A DNA stretch of 64,000 nucleotides, taken from positions 17,484,001-17,548,000 of the forward strand of contig OZ024753.1 in the NCBI GenBank assembly GCA_964016885.1. The letters are read 5' to 3'. Below, in pieces: positions 42,899 through 58,776 of the stretch. A program made the position numbers and the translations under genes. Numbering within the stretch: the first letter of the stretch is position 1; every line of letters starts with the position of its first letter. This DNA is from Eledone cirrhosa. Lineage: Eukaryota. The notes under the pieces were generated by a model. It did no database searches and was not told the origin of the DNA. It was given only the letters and a program-made list of their open reading frames with translations.

Positions 42899-44203
42899 TG
42901 ACAATAAATCTCAGAAAAAGTTTAGTCCATCAACTTCACTAATTATTGTCATGTTGGGCCCCTCCATACAATCCTTTAGCCATTGTCTTCATCCCTACCT
43001 GTAATAAGCACTGTCTTCCAAATTAACTTAACGTATTTCCAAACATTTCACGAATGATCTTAAATAGGTTTAAACCACACCCCATGCATACTTATTTCAA
43101 AGATTCACCTAAACAATTTATCTAAAAAGCAACACACTCTATATCTAAAAACAATTGCCTATACAGGCATTCTTACAATATGGGTTTGATTTGGTTTTGT
43201 TTTGTTTTCGACGGACGACTATAATCCAACAACATAAAGCCAAACATGTTCTCCTCAGACAAAATATATAGAAAATGTATATATTTTTCCTGGTATGCTA
43301 GTAGACAGACGAACTGGACAGATCGGTGACCAGGCATATGACTAGAAAAACCTCAGAACATAGGGGGTCACGTGATTGATGGAAAAGCATTACAGTTTAC
43401 AAACTGTAATTAATAAATTTAGTATTCTGAAATGTTAATGTTAGAATGCATTTGATTTGAAAATAAAAATGGTGGCCTGATTGTATTCGCCGAGATCTTT
43501 TACGTATGAACGAATATCTCTCCGAAATATATCGGGATAAATAAATATCACCTAGGTAACATCAAGATCTCTTAATTTCCGCACCCGCCCCCCTTCTACA
43601 AACATCCTTACGTCTCAAAGTTTTTCCTGTTACATCCCCATATGCCTTGTAGCAGCTTCAAAAACCTAGCCAGTTTTCATATTTCACACAAACCAAAACA
43701 CTCACTCATAATATAAATAAACGTTATTTGTGGTTTGTGTAGTTTTTATAGAAGTGTTTGATGTATTTGTTACGGTTTATGTCTTTCGATTTTGTTCTCT
43801 TGCTTCGTCTACGAGTTTATTACAGCTCTTCTAGATTAGAAACTAATTTATTCTCTAGATATATTTTTATCTATTGCTTTGTTCTTAGGGGAGAATTTAA
43901 GTGTTCTTCCAGGTACGAATTTAGCAACTGATATATTGTTTATGTGTTAATATTTGCTGTCTGCAGTTATTTCTGTTTTGGTGCAACAGTATTTGTTTAC
44001 GTCTCGGGATAATTTATTTGTACTGTTATATATGTTAGAGCTTGGTTGAGTGTTGTTTTCTAGATCTTGTGTTTTGTTCATTATATCATCAACAAAAATG
44101 GTGTATATACTGGTTCTCACACAGTAACAATTTCTCTTGTAGCCAGGTAGAACTTCCCGAATGTGTGCCGACTTCTAGTCACTAGAAAATTACACACCAC
44201 CTC

Positions 44204-44267
<64 letters not shown>

Positions 44268-44560
44268 GGGCGATGGGGGTATGTATTAAAAATATCGTCG
44301 GATGTGGAAACGGAAAATACCATGCACAAGTATAGATCTTTTTACAAAACGTTTTCTTTTTCCATTTCAGGTTGACGCGCTCCATCATCCTCTTTTCTAA
44401 AAAATAAATCATACACAAAACGCCACCATCAACAGTTTTCCAAGAGGTGTCAATATGAATGGACCTTTTATTTTTATCTAAAGACATTTTTTCCAATTCC
44501 ATCTCACCCGTCCCCTCAATCTGTCTTATTCACACCACACACCACACACATACATACATA

Positions 44561-45329
<769 letters not shown>

Positions 45330-45637
45330 TATAAAGATATATATGCCGAACAATTTCACCACTGGATGGACGTGAATGGTCACCGGCATATCCCAATGGT
45401 TGCATAACTGCACCAATGATTGCGTGAGCAACTGACGAATTCACATGAATGTAACAGAAATATATATAATGCAATAAACAATTATAGTGATTTGGGCCGA
45501 GGTTAACTTTGCCTTTCGTCCTTACGGGGTCGATAAAATAAAGTACCAGTAATATACTGGGTAATTGCTGGCCTTGTGCCAAAAGTAGAAACAATCATTT
45601 GATGTATACATACATACATACATACATACATACATAC

Positions 45638-46255
45638 ATGATGATGGCTGCCCTCTCGTTATCGAGTATGGCCATTGCACGATATACCACTATTAATAAT
45701 TATTAATTAATTCCATCGTGCAATGCCTCTGCGTGAAGATATTTTTTAAAGTGAGGAAAGACTGTGCACTGAGCCAATCCCACTCTCTGAGCGACAGTAG
45801 CTATAACCCGAAAAGAAGAAAAGATCAGCATCATCGGTAACTACTGAGCCGCAGGTTTTATGTCGAAGTTATCCCAGTTTCCTGAGTTGCCTTCTCCTAG
45901 AAGAATACCCTGACAAAGGCTAGGGCTCCTTCACTCCCAGTGGTTTAACCGCGCGATCGGGCGTCCAGCCCGACTATTTCTATATCCCCGCGCATATACA
46001 TACACATGCACCCATGTATATACACATATACATATGTACATGTGTATATACATATTTACACATTTTTGGATGGCCGTTGACTCTTATGAGTTCTTCCGCC
46101 CTTTGTCAGGTTTTGTTTTTTGTCCTGCAGGGTGTCCAAAATCAGCTTCCTCACCAAGTAAACTTGTTGTGGTTGCCGGTTTAGTCACCGACGACCCGAC
46201 CATGTGACAGGTTGTACTGGGTTACATGTTACCAGTAGCACTCAAGCGACCCGAC
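45638..46255 (-). mobile_element. Non-autonomous RTE-derived element, diverged subfamily
   Basis: Same 5' end, related 3' end, internal microsatellite. Confidence 0.7.
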
Positions 46256-46270
46256 ATACATACATACATA

Positions 46271-46891
46271 CATGGTGGCTGCCAACTCGTTTTCGAGTAC
46301 GGCCACTACTTTATATCCATGTAGGAGAACCCCTACCGATGCGCTGAACGAGTGTGACTTTTTAGTCCAGCCACCGACTTGAAAACTCTAGCACAAACAC
46401 CCCACTTGTGACCATTATTGACATATAGTGCTGGGCCCATGGTACATGTGATGACAAGTGCAGAGATATCTCCAGATATAAAGCAATGCCTGTGCCGTGA
46501 AGCTTTTATAGTGAGCAAAGGCACTGCACAAAGCCAGTCCCACTCTCTTAACCAAGATGATATTTACCAAAAAGAAGAACAAGTCAACATCATTGGATAC
46601 CATCAGGGTTGCAGGTGTTATATCAGAGTTTTCCTTCTCCTAGAATTCTGCCTTGACAAAGGCTAAGGGGTCATCTCTCCCTGTGATTTTGGATGGCCAT
46701 TGACTCTTAAGAGCTCCTTTGCCCTTTGACAGGTCTTGTTTTTAGTCCTGCAGGATGTCCAAAGTCACCCTCCTCACCAAGAAACCTTGGTGGGGTTGCC
46801 AGTTTAGTCGCCAACGACCCGACCATGAGACAGGTTGTACTGGGATACATGTTACCAGTAGCACCAACTGGTGACCAACTGGTGACCTGAC
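46271..46891 (-). mobile_element. Non-autonomous RTE-derived element, subfamily A
   Basis: Near-identical to 44561-45172. Confidence 0.8.
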
Positions 46892-47021
46892 ATATATATA
46901 TATACATATATATACATATATACACACACATATATATATACATATATATATACACACACATATATATATATATATACATATATATACACACACATATATA
47001 TATATATATATACACATATAG

Positions 47022-47062
<41 letters not shown>

Positions 47063-47137
47063 TATATACACACATATAAATATACATATATACACACATA
47101 TATATACATATATACACACATATATATATACATATAT

Positions 47138-47188
<51 letters not shown>

Positions 47189-47794
47189 TATATATATATA
47201 TACATATATACACACATACACATACACACATATATACATATATACACACATATATATATATATATACACATATACATATATATATATACACACATACACA
47301 TATATATATACATATATACACATATATATATACATATATACACATATATATATACATATATACACATATATATATACATATATACACATATATATATACA
47401 TATATACACATATATATATACATATATACACATATATATATACACATATACACATATATATATACATATATACACATATATATACATATATAGACGCACA
47501 CATATAAATATATATATATATATACATATACACACATATATATATATATACACATATATACACACACACATATATATATATATACACATATATATATATA
47601 GACATATATACATACATATATATATACATATATACACACATATATATATATATACATATATACACACATATATATATATGTACATATATATACACATATA
47701 TATATATATGTACATATATACACATATATATATACATATATACACACATATATATACATACATACATACATACATACATACATACATACATACA

Positions 47795-47826
<32 letters not shown>

Positions 47827-48592
47827 ATTGTTCCTACTTTTTTCACAAGGACAGCAATTATCCCAGTGTATTACAGGTACTTTATTTTATCGACGCCGTA
47901 AGGATGAAAAGCAAAGTTAACCTCGGCGGGATTTGAACTCAATCCGTATATATATATAATAAAGGACGATTGGTTACTCCTTCATTACATCGATTGGGTG
48001 ATGACGTGCGTTTCGCAACTGATCAGATCAAGGTTCGATCTGACTCGACTCTGGAATCCGCGGCACATCAGACCCCAAGACAAAACCAATAAACGTAATG
48101 AAGGAGTAACGAATCGTCCTTGTTATTTCAGTTCACCATAATACACTGTGTCTAGCTCTACACCTCGACACTGAAGTGAACCTAAACATCGAGTGCTCAC
48201 GCGGGAGAACCTACAGTAACTCCAAGTTACACTCCCTGTATGCATGTGTATATATATATATGCACTACTTTCCTATATCGCTTCATCGACGGGAAAGTCT
48301 TTCCGAAGTGTGAGAAAGCTCTTGTGTCTAAACCACGTGTGTCACAGTTAAGAATAATTATTATACACAAATACTTGACAGTCAACAACAGAGGATGTTG
48401 TGCGAAGACAGGGCCTACGCTGCTAGGGGACGTGTCTTGGTGGGAATTCCAAAAAGAATTTTGCATTCCTTACCATGAAGATGTCAGCCAGCGCACACGT
48501 AAATAAAACATAATTGCTATGAAAAAAATACGGAATTGTTTATTAACATGTCTTTTACAAACATTCCGTATATATATATATAGTATATATAT

Positions 48593-48630
<38 letters not shown>

Positions 48631-48691
48631 CACCACACCACACCACACCACACCACACCACACCACACCACACCACACACACACGTGTGTG

Positions 48692-49218
48692 TGTGATGGC
48701 TGCAAACTCAGCTAAGAGTATTGCAATCGCTTGTCAGATTATAGAGTTCGGTGCACTTATAGGCTATGGCCAGCCACACGAACCTGTAACATATCCTGAA
48801 CAAGTAATGCCTGTGCTTTGACGGTCTTTTAAGTGGGGAAAAGCCTTGCACTCGACATTTCCCACTCTCTGAGCATCATAAACACTACCCGAAAAGGAGA
48901 ACTCGTCAACATCTTCGGAGACTTCCGAAGCCGCAGATTTCTTTTCAGAGTTTCCCTTTCTCAGAAAGGTGTTGTGACAACAACTGGGAGCCATTCTCTC
49001 CCAGGTGAAAAAAACAACAAAAAAAGCTACTATTTGGATCGCCGTTGACTCTACTAACCTCCTCCACCCTTTGCCGGGTGTTATATTTAATCTCGCAGGG
49101 TGTCCAAATATCACCCTCCTCACCAAGCTACCCTCGTGGGGTTGCCAGTTTAGTCGCCGACGACACAACCATGAGACTGGGTTACATGTTACCAGTAGCA
49201 CTTTAGAGCGTCCTGACA
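48692..49218 (-). mobile_element. Non-autonomous RTE-derived element, subfamily B
   Basis: Homologous to 9733-10283; 3' end matches 38122-38170. Confidence 0.75.
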
Positions 49219-49290
49219 TATATATACATATATATATATATGTATACACATATATATATATGTATACATACACATATATGTATACTTACA

Positions 49291-49661
49291 CATGGAGGCT
49301 GCCAACTCGTTTTCGAGTACGGCCACTACTTTATATCCATGTAGGAGAACCCTTACCGATGCGCTGAGCGAGTGACTTTTTAGTCCAGCCAGCGACTTGA
49401 AAACTCTGGTACAAACACTACACTTGTGACAATTATTGACACTTAGTGCTGGTACCATGGGACGACAAGTGTAGAGAGATCTCCAGATATAAAGCAATGC
49501 CTGTGTCGTGAAGCTTTTATAGTGAGCAAAGGCACTGCACAAAGCCAGTCCCAATCTCTTAAGCAAGATGATATTTACCAAAAAGAAGAACAAGTCAACG
49601 TCATGGGATACCATCAGGGTTGCAGGTGTTATATCAGAGTTTTCCTTCTCCTAGAATTCTA
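49291..49661 (-). mobile_element. 5'-truncated RTE-derived element, subfamily A
   Basis: Homologous to 44561-44940. Confidence 0.75.
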
Positions 49662-50080
49662 CCATACATACATACATAGATACATTCATGCATACATATA
49701 TATATATGATATCAAATATTAATTTGCTTCTAGAAAATACGACGATCATTGAATCAAGACTGTATTTATTTTTATAAAATCTTTCTATTGAATATCGTGT
49801 GATTATAGTGAATGACCCGGTCAAGTGTCAAATCATTCAAACTTAAATATCATATCCATTGTTTTACTGTCTCAACGATTTTCATTATACTAGCGATCAA
49901 TATATTCAGTTTAGGCTCGCTAATTCCTGACAGACTTTCGACGGGGATATGCTGAAAAGCTGACATCTCATTTCAACAGATTCTTTTATAGTTTTTCATG
50001 GCACGTCTCACAGATACACACACACATATATGTATGTATATGTATATATATATATGTAATTCTTAAACAATATATTTTAT

Positions 50081-50250
50081 ATATAGATGAGATTCTAAAA
50101 GACTAGAACTGTTTCATTCTTTCTAAAGAATGAAACAGTTCTAGTCCTGTAGATTCTCATCTATATTAAAACTTTTATACTCTGCAATGTATTGAGTACC
50201 TTACTTACTGTGGTTACCTCCGATTCAACCCGGAATAACATATTTTACAT
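50081..50250 (+). mobile_element. Family D mini-element (stem II fold-back hairpin plus tail)
   Basis: Arms 50081-50121 and 50125-50166 made of GAAAcagttctagtcctgTAga; tail contains TTGAGTACC. Confidence 0.75.
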
Positions 50251-50529
50251 ATGATAATAATGGAGCTGCGGCGCTGCAAATGGGTTACATATGAAAAAGT
50301 TTGTCCTCATCAGTGGCCATCCAACCGTCGTAGGCATTTCGTCGCATTAAAGGCCATATACCTCAGGTTGGTGCGAGCAACGGCTAAAAAAAAGGTTGTT
50401 GGGACACGTAAATAAAGGGGACGCTAGGGTAAACAAACAAAATGGTTTAAGCAGCAGAAAGTGAGGAAGAAGGAAACAAGTCCCAGATTTCTATGAATAT
50501 AAATTCGGTGGAAACGTGAATGAGAGAAT

Positions 50530-51595
<1,066 letters not shown>

Positions 51596-52134
51596 TTAAT
51601 ACAATAACTGAGAAAGCTTTACGCTAAACTCCGACTGGTAACCATCTCACTCAACGAACATCAGGTTATCCGTTAGTATAAACCCAATTTAGTGTCTGGG
51701 GTGCTAACTATATGTATTTTGTGGAAAGCCAGTTGTATTATTTTATATGAGATATAATTAAAGTTAAAATATATCTCTCTTTCCAAACAATTGTTTCATT
51801 ATAAGTTTTCTACAAGTTGGGAGAATATTTCCAGTTTATGTAGATATATATATATTTTATATATATATATTTTATATATATATATATTTTATATATATAT
51901 ATATTTTATTTATATATATATATATTTTATATATATATATATATATTTTATTTATACATATATATATTTTTTATTTATATATATATATATATATATATTA
52001 TTTATATATATATATATATATATTATTTATATATATATATATATATTATTTATATATATATATATATATATTTTTTATATATATATATATTATATAAATC
52101 AACAAATAAGCCTTTAATACATTAAAATCCTTTA

Positions 52135-52180
52135 TTCACTGACAATGTTTCGTCCCAGTAATTAGAACTCTTCAGAGCAA
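52135..52180 (-). ncRNA. Type I hammerhead ribozyme (family J)
   Basis: Minus strand: ttgct-CTGAAGA-gttct aattact gggac-GAAA-cattg-TC-agtga. The inverted partner at 52296-52341 has a mutated core CTCAAGA. Arms ~52094-52198 and 52277-52385. Confidence 0.75.
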
Positions 52181-52613
52181 GGAAAAGACAAAAAATATCA
52201 ACGGCTAGAACAAGCCAAAATTCAGAAGAATAGAGAAATAGAAAAATAGAAATTTAAATGTTACATTATAAGATATAATATTTTTTGTCTTTTCCTTGCT
52301 CTCAAGAGTCCTATTTACTGGGACGAAATATTGTCAGCGAATAAAGATTTGTGATGTATTAAAGGCTACTTTGTTGATTTATATAATTTATTCGGCTCTG
52401 TTTAATAACATTGAGCTATCTGTTGTACTGTCATTTCTCTAATGCGACGAGTGTGTTTGAATCTAATGCACTCAAGTGTTTTTATCTTATTTTATATATA
52501 TATATATTTTATATATATATATATATTTTATATATATATATATATTTTATATATATATATATTTTATATATATATATATTTTATATATATATATATTTTA
52601 TATATATATATTT

Positions 52614-53320
52614 TAACTTTGAATAACTTTGAAATGTTTCGGCCAGTATTGGCCCAGGCCATGTCTAACTTAATAGCACCACCTGGCGAAGTCTTTCAAT
52701 TCAGGATTTGGGCACCATGGCCCATTCGAGAAGAGAATTACTGTTTGCGGAGACATATCCGGGTGTGGGTGGTTTGTCCGGGATTACTTGGAGGAATTTG
52801 TCCAAAGACTTCTTGAATTTTGTGTGGTCAGTTTCTGTTTTGACGTGTCCTGGTGTGATGTTGAAGAGAGCAGGGCCGATTGAGGTGAAATAATTGTGCC
52901 GTATTGTTGTTATGAGTTGCGATTTAGATTTTTGAATGGGACGGATAGCACGGGGCCCAAGCCTTGGGTGTACCTTGAAGGCGATGCCAACATCATTTGG
53001 GTAGTGATGATGGAACATTTTCCACATCATGCAGATAATATAACGCTCACGGCGACGTTGGAGTGAGTAAAGTTTCAGCTTTTCTAGTCGACCCCAGTAG
53101 TCAAGGTCTGACATGCCATCTATCTTTTTCGTGATTGCCCTTTGAGGAGCTTCAAGTTTCATGATACTTTGTTTCGTGTGGGGAGACCACAGTGGACAAC
53201 AGTATTCAAGGTGTGGTCAGGCAAAAGTAGAGAAGAGAAGGATAATGGTGTGGGAATCTCTCGACTGGAAGGTTCTGAGGATCCAGGAACACATTCTGCG
53301 GGCCATGTCAACTTTGCTGC
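52614..53320 (-). pseudogene. 5'-truncated CR1/L2-type LINE 3' fragment
   Basis: Near-identical to 18902-19608; embedded in (TA)n. Confidence 0.92.
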
Positions 53321-53361
<41 letters not shown>

Positions 53362-54264
53362 ATACATATATATATTCTATATATATATATTTTATATATA
53401 TTATTTCTGAAGACGGCATATATGTGTGTTTGGTATGTATATTTAATCTTGATAGTTTGTATAATTTTGTATAATTTTGTACATAGATCTGTTGAATATG
53501 CATGCCAATTCTAACACATATATATCCTAGAAACGATCGTTAAATAATGAACTTTTTTTGTTTAATATAAGGAACTGTTTCATTGTTTTATTCATTATTT
53601 TTTTAATATTTTATCTTGACTCTGTATTCCGTTTATCTTTCACCGAAAGTGATTTTTCATTGCATCTCTTCTTTCCATGATATCCGGACTACATTGAGTT
53701 CTTCATACGGATTGGACACTACCGTAAACTCTTGGTAGATTTATCTACATATATTTTATATATATATATTTTATATATATATATATTTTATATATATATA
53801 TTTTATATATATATATATATTTTATATATATATATATTTTATGTATATATTTTATATATATATATATTTTATATATATATATATTATATATATATTATAT
53901 ATATATATTATATATATATATTTTAAATATATATATATTTTAAATTTATATATTTTAAATATATATATTTAAAATATATATATATATATATATTTTAAAT
54001 ATATATACATATATTTTAAATATATATATATATATATTTTAAATATATATATATATATATTTTAAATATATATATATATATATATTTTAAATATATATAT
54101 ATATATATTATAAATATATATATATATTTTAAATATATATATATATATTTTAAATATATATATATATATTTTAAATATATATATATATATATATTTTATA
54201 TATATATATATATATTATATATATATATATATTTTTTATATATATATATTTTATATATATATAT

Positions 54265-54292
<28 letters not shown>

Positions 54293-54295
<3 letters not shown>

Positions 54296-57147
54296 GGAAT
54301 GATTAGTACCCCGACGGCTGAGCTCAAGCCGTTTCGACGGCTAATTCTGGACTAAATGAACATGTTTATCCTGGTATATGAATAGCTGAGCTTCTCAGGG
54401 GGTAAAAGTGATTGTCACAAGGATTGGTCAAAAGTTTGTTTTTGAGACACATAATTCTATCATGGCAATTTGTGGAAGGAAGGGGTAGCTGAACCTGCCA
54501 GTAGAAGAAAGAGGGAGAGGGAGTGGAGGAAACCCAGTCGTGCGTTGATAGTGCTAACTACAGCAGGGCAGGAGGTCAAGCAAGTATACTAGGGAGGGGG
54601 AGGATGTCGAAACAATAAGTAAATCAATATGGAGTAAATATATAGAAGAATACCAAGAATGTTAAAAATATAAAAAAACAATTTCTGGTTACTATTCCCT
54701 AACCAGAGTCATCAAGTCTCTCACTGGTACTGCTAAACTATAGAAAAGTTTACTAGGTGGGACGGAAAATTCATCCAGTTTGACATAGAGAGTTACTATG
54801 CTTCAATTACCTTACCGCTACTTACGGCTGCCTTGGACTTTGCCGAGACACTTTCGCCCATCGCCGACCAGGAAAGAAACATCATCCTCCACGCCAGGAA
54901 GACAATCCTACTTTTCGACAACTCTAAATGGATAAAGAGCGTTCCCGACTCACCCTTCGACGTCAGCATGGGCGAGACGGATTCGGCTGAGGTCACAGAT
55001 TTTATAGGATTATTTTTACTAGATAAACTCACCGATGTTTTCTGCATTCGGCGGTGGATTGTACCGTGATGATGGGCTCCTTACCCTTAAAGGGTACAAC
55101 CCCAGTAGTACAGACCGGGTCCGTAAACAATTAATCAGCTTCTTTTGCGACTGGAGATTTAAAATAACCCTACAAACGTCCCTGACCCGAGTAAACTTCC
55201 TGGACGTTACCCTTGACCTCGATAATGGTCTGTACTACCCATACAGGAAACCCAACGACAACCTGCACTACATCCACCGCCGGTCAAACCATCCTAGGAA
55301 CATCACCAATAACCTGGTTAAAAACATCTCCCTCCGCATATCTCGTTTGTTCGCTAATGAGCAGATATTCGAGGAACATGCGCCTTATTACAACCAGTCC
55401 CTCAAGCGGAGTGGCTTCCAGGAGGAAATATCCTACTGTCCAGCTTCCATTAGCGGAACCAGCAGGCATCCTCCCGTGTAAGAGTTGGCTCTGGACAGTA
55501 AGCTCCAAGTGAGATCATAGGTAATATTGTTATCTTTGAGGTCCCAGATATGACCCGAAAGTGTGGTGGCGTGACGCCGGACCGGGTTTCGGAAAGTATG
55601 TCTGTGTTGGTATAGCCGGGTCTTGAAGTCACATGCGGTTAATCCTATATAAGCTTTGTTGGAGCTTACTGTCCAGAGCCAACTCTTACACGGGAGGACG
55701 CCGTCCGTGCAATTTATGCTCGGAGGAAACTTTAAAAATGCTGTTTTCGACGGACCAACTCCTAAACAAGATAGACGAACTGGTAACTGCATGCAAACAC
55801 AGATTGCGTAGGACTTACCTCGCCCTCAAACCCCATAATGACCCGGGGGGGGGGGGGGGTAGACAATGGCTGTAACGCCCCACTTGCCGACTTTGTAATG
55901 GGTAACCCCTGCTTGCAAAGGTAGACGTAAGAACTTCTTTTATATCTTTTTATCGTATCCTCTATATTTCCTTCTTCCCCCATCCCTTCCTAGTCCTTCC
56001 ACCCCAGTCCTCCTTCTTTGTCGTCGTCCTTTTCACTTTCTCGCCCACCCGAGGCAGCCCCTAGGTCCTTTGTAGCCTCAGTACCCCCATCCCTATTCTA
56101 TGATAGAATTGGCCGACTCCGCTATTTATAGCAGATGTGATAGACCCCAGATACTTGCTTTCTTATCCGATGGCTGCCCCATTTCCGTGCTTTCTACATT
56201 TCTTAGTGGTATCTCTGCTTTAATTTCTCGTATATCAGTATTTTTTTTTTTGGGGGGGGGGGTTCTGAATTAATTTTCCGTATCAAATTTTTCGTATACT
56301 TCGTGCGAGCATTTATGTAGTTTGCACTATAATTTTCGTATCGTAGCGGCACCCTTAGAGATAGTATTAGTATTCATTTTCGGGATTCTGAATTATTATT
56401 TCGTATTAGTTTATTTTTTGCACTGGGTGGTTGCTGGTCTTGTGCCTAGGGTAGAAACATTTATTTCGTATTAGTTTCGGACTCTGAATTATTATTTCGT
56501 GGTAGTTTCTTTAGTATTTTGGCCCCCCACTTGTTGACCTGTCACCGTAAGATATACTCGGTTGATTACTACTAACTCTTAAAATTGTCTCACTACAATT
56601 CCGTCCCACCTAATAAACTTTTCTATAGTTTAACAGTACCAGTGAGAGACTTGATGACTGTGGTTAGGGAATAGTAACCAGAAATTGTTTTTTTTAAATA
56701 TTTTTAACATTCTTGGTATTCTTCTATATATTTACTCCATATTGATTTACTTATTGTTTCGACTTCCTCTCCCTCCCCCTCCCTAGTATACTTGTTTGAC
56801 CTCCTGTCCTGCTGTAGTTGGCACTATCAACGCACGACTGGGTTTCCCCCACTCCCTCTCCCTCTTTCTTCTACTAGCAGGTTCAGCTACCCCTTCCTTC
56901 CACAAATTGCCATGGTAGAATTATGTGTCTCAACAACAAACTTTTGACCAATCCTTGTGATGATCACTTTTACCGTATATGGAATTACCTCCTGAGAAGC
57001 TCGGCTATTCATATACCAGGATAAAAATGTTCATTTAGTCCAGAATTAGCCGTCGAAACGGTTTGAGCTCAGCCGCGGGGTCCTACTCGTTCCTATTACC
57101 CACTCTAGTACCCTAAGTATTGAGTACTTACCACCTTTCCTTCGTTA
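54293..57147 (+). mobile_element. Penelope-like element (5'-truncated, rearranged) with ~480-bp inverted termini
   Basis: Arms 54293-54767 and 56599-57096 plus a ~50-nt 3' extension; encloses RT and GIY-YIG coding remnants; hammerhead-like motif in each arm; flanked by (TA)n. Confidence 0.88.
54797..55875 (+). pseudogene. Penelope-like RT plus GIY-YIG endonuclease, frameshifted and internally inverted
   Basis: FDVSMGETDSAEV, GLYRDDGL, VNFLDVTLDL, YRKP, SNHP. EN segment YIGLT..FKTRLYQH..F..ATTLS.HIW is on the minus strand (55470-55660); CNLC.EE..LLNK..EL..CKH is on the plus strand. Confidence 0.88.
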
Positions 57148-57158
57148 TTTTATATATA

Positions 57159-57236
<78 letters not shown>

Positions 57237-57274
57237 ATATATATATATATTTTATATATATATTATATATATAT

Positions 57275-57905
57275 ACGGCTTAAACGGGATGTTTGTTTAC
57301 AAACACACCGAGCATTATAATAAATGTTCGGTGAATCCATACGTACATATATATATATGTGTGCATGTATGTATATATATATACATACTACTGTACGTCT
57401 GTATACATATATGTATGTACGTGTACATACTTATATTTAAGTAACAGCCGTACTAAGAGTGGGAAATGAAATTTCGTTTCATTTTTGCCGTTTATCGTTT
57501 TCGGTGCACCTGGCCGATTAACCCACTCGATATGCAAATTGGGCTTCTCAGCTGTTAATATGCATAAGGTAAGTATATACGTTCAACAATCTGGCAGGAA
57601 GGTATACGTTGCTGACGATAGCTAATAAGCTTGAAACTAGTACAGCGATACTTTGTCAGTGTTGAACAAACGATCAGCGATGGTTGCTGTACACTACGGC
57701 TTAATACGGGATATTTGTTTACAAACACACCGAGCATTATAATAAATGTTCGGTGAATCCATACGTACATATATATGTGTGCATGTATGTATATATATAC
57801 ATACTACTGTACGTCTGTATACATGTAAGTATGTACGTGTACATACTTATATTTAAGTAACAGCCGTACTAAGAGTGGGAAATGAAATTTCGTTTCATTT
57901 TTTCC
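57275..57905 (+). mobile_element. Family E retrozyme-like element, ~1.5 tandem monomers of ~420 bp
   Basis: Direct repeat 57277 vs 57698; flanked by (TA)n. Confidence 0.82.
57607..57647 (+). ncRNA. Minimal type I hammerhead ribozyme (family E)
   Basis: cgttg-CTGACGA-tagct aata agctt-GAAA-ctag-TA-cagcg. Confidence 0.85.
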
Positions 57906-58776
57906 ATATATATAAAATATATATATATAATTTATATATATATATTTTATATATATATTTTATATATATATATACTATATATATATTTTATATATATATA
58001 TATTTTATATATATATATATTTCATATGTATATATATTTTATATATATATTATATATATATATATTTTATATATATATTATATATATATATATTTTATAT
58101 ATATATTTTATATATATATTTTATATATATATTTTATATATATATATTATATATATATATATATATTTTATATATATATATATATTTTATATATATATAT
58201 ATATTTTATATATATATATATATTTTATATATATATATTTTATATATATATATTTTATATATATATTTTATATATATATATTTTATATATATATTTTATA
58301 TATATATATATATTTTATATATATATTTTATATATATATATATATATTTTATATATATATTTTATACATATATATATATTTTATACATATATATATATTT
58401 TATATATATATATATATTTTTTATATATATATATATTTTATATATATATATATATATATTTTATATATATATATATATTTTATATATATATATATATTTC
58501 ATATATATATATATTTTTTATATATGTATATATTTTATATATATATACATATATATATTTTATATATATATATTTTATATATATATATATATTTTATATA
58601 TATATATATATTTTTTATATATATATATATATATTTTATATACATGTAAAGTTATATTTAAAATTGTTGGGTTACAACTAGTAAATATTTATAACTGATA
58701 TAAAAGCACTCGACAAATATTTGGAGTATATTTACAATATTAAATAAATGGAAAACTATATTTATAAAACCATATT

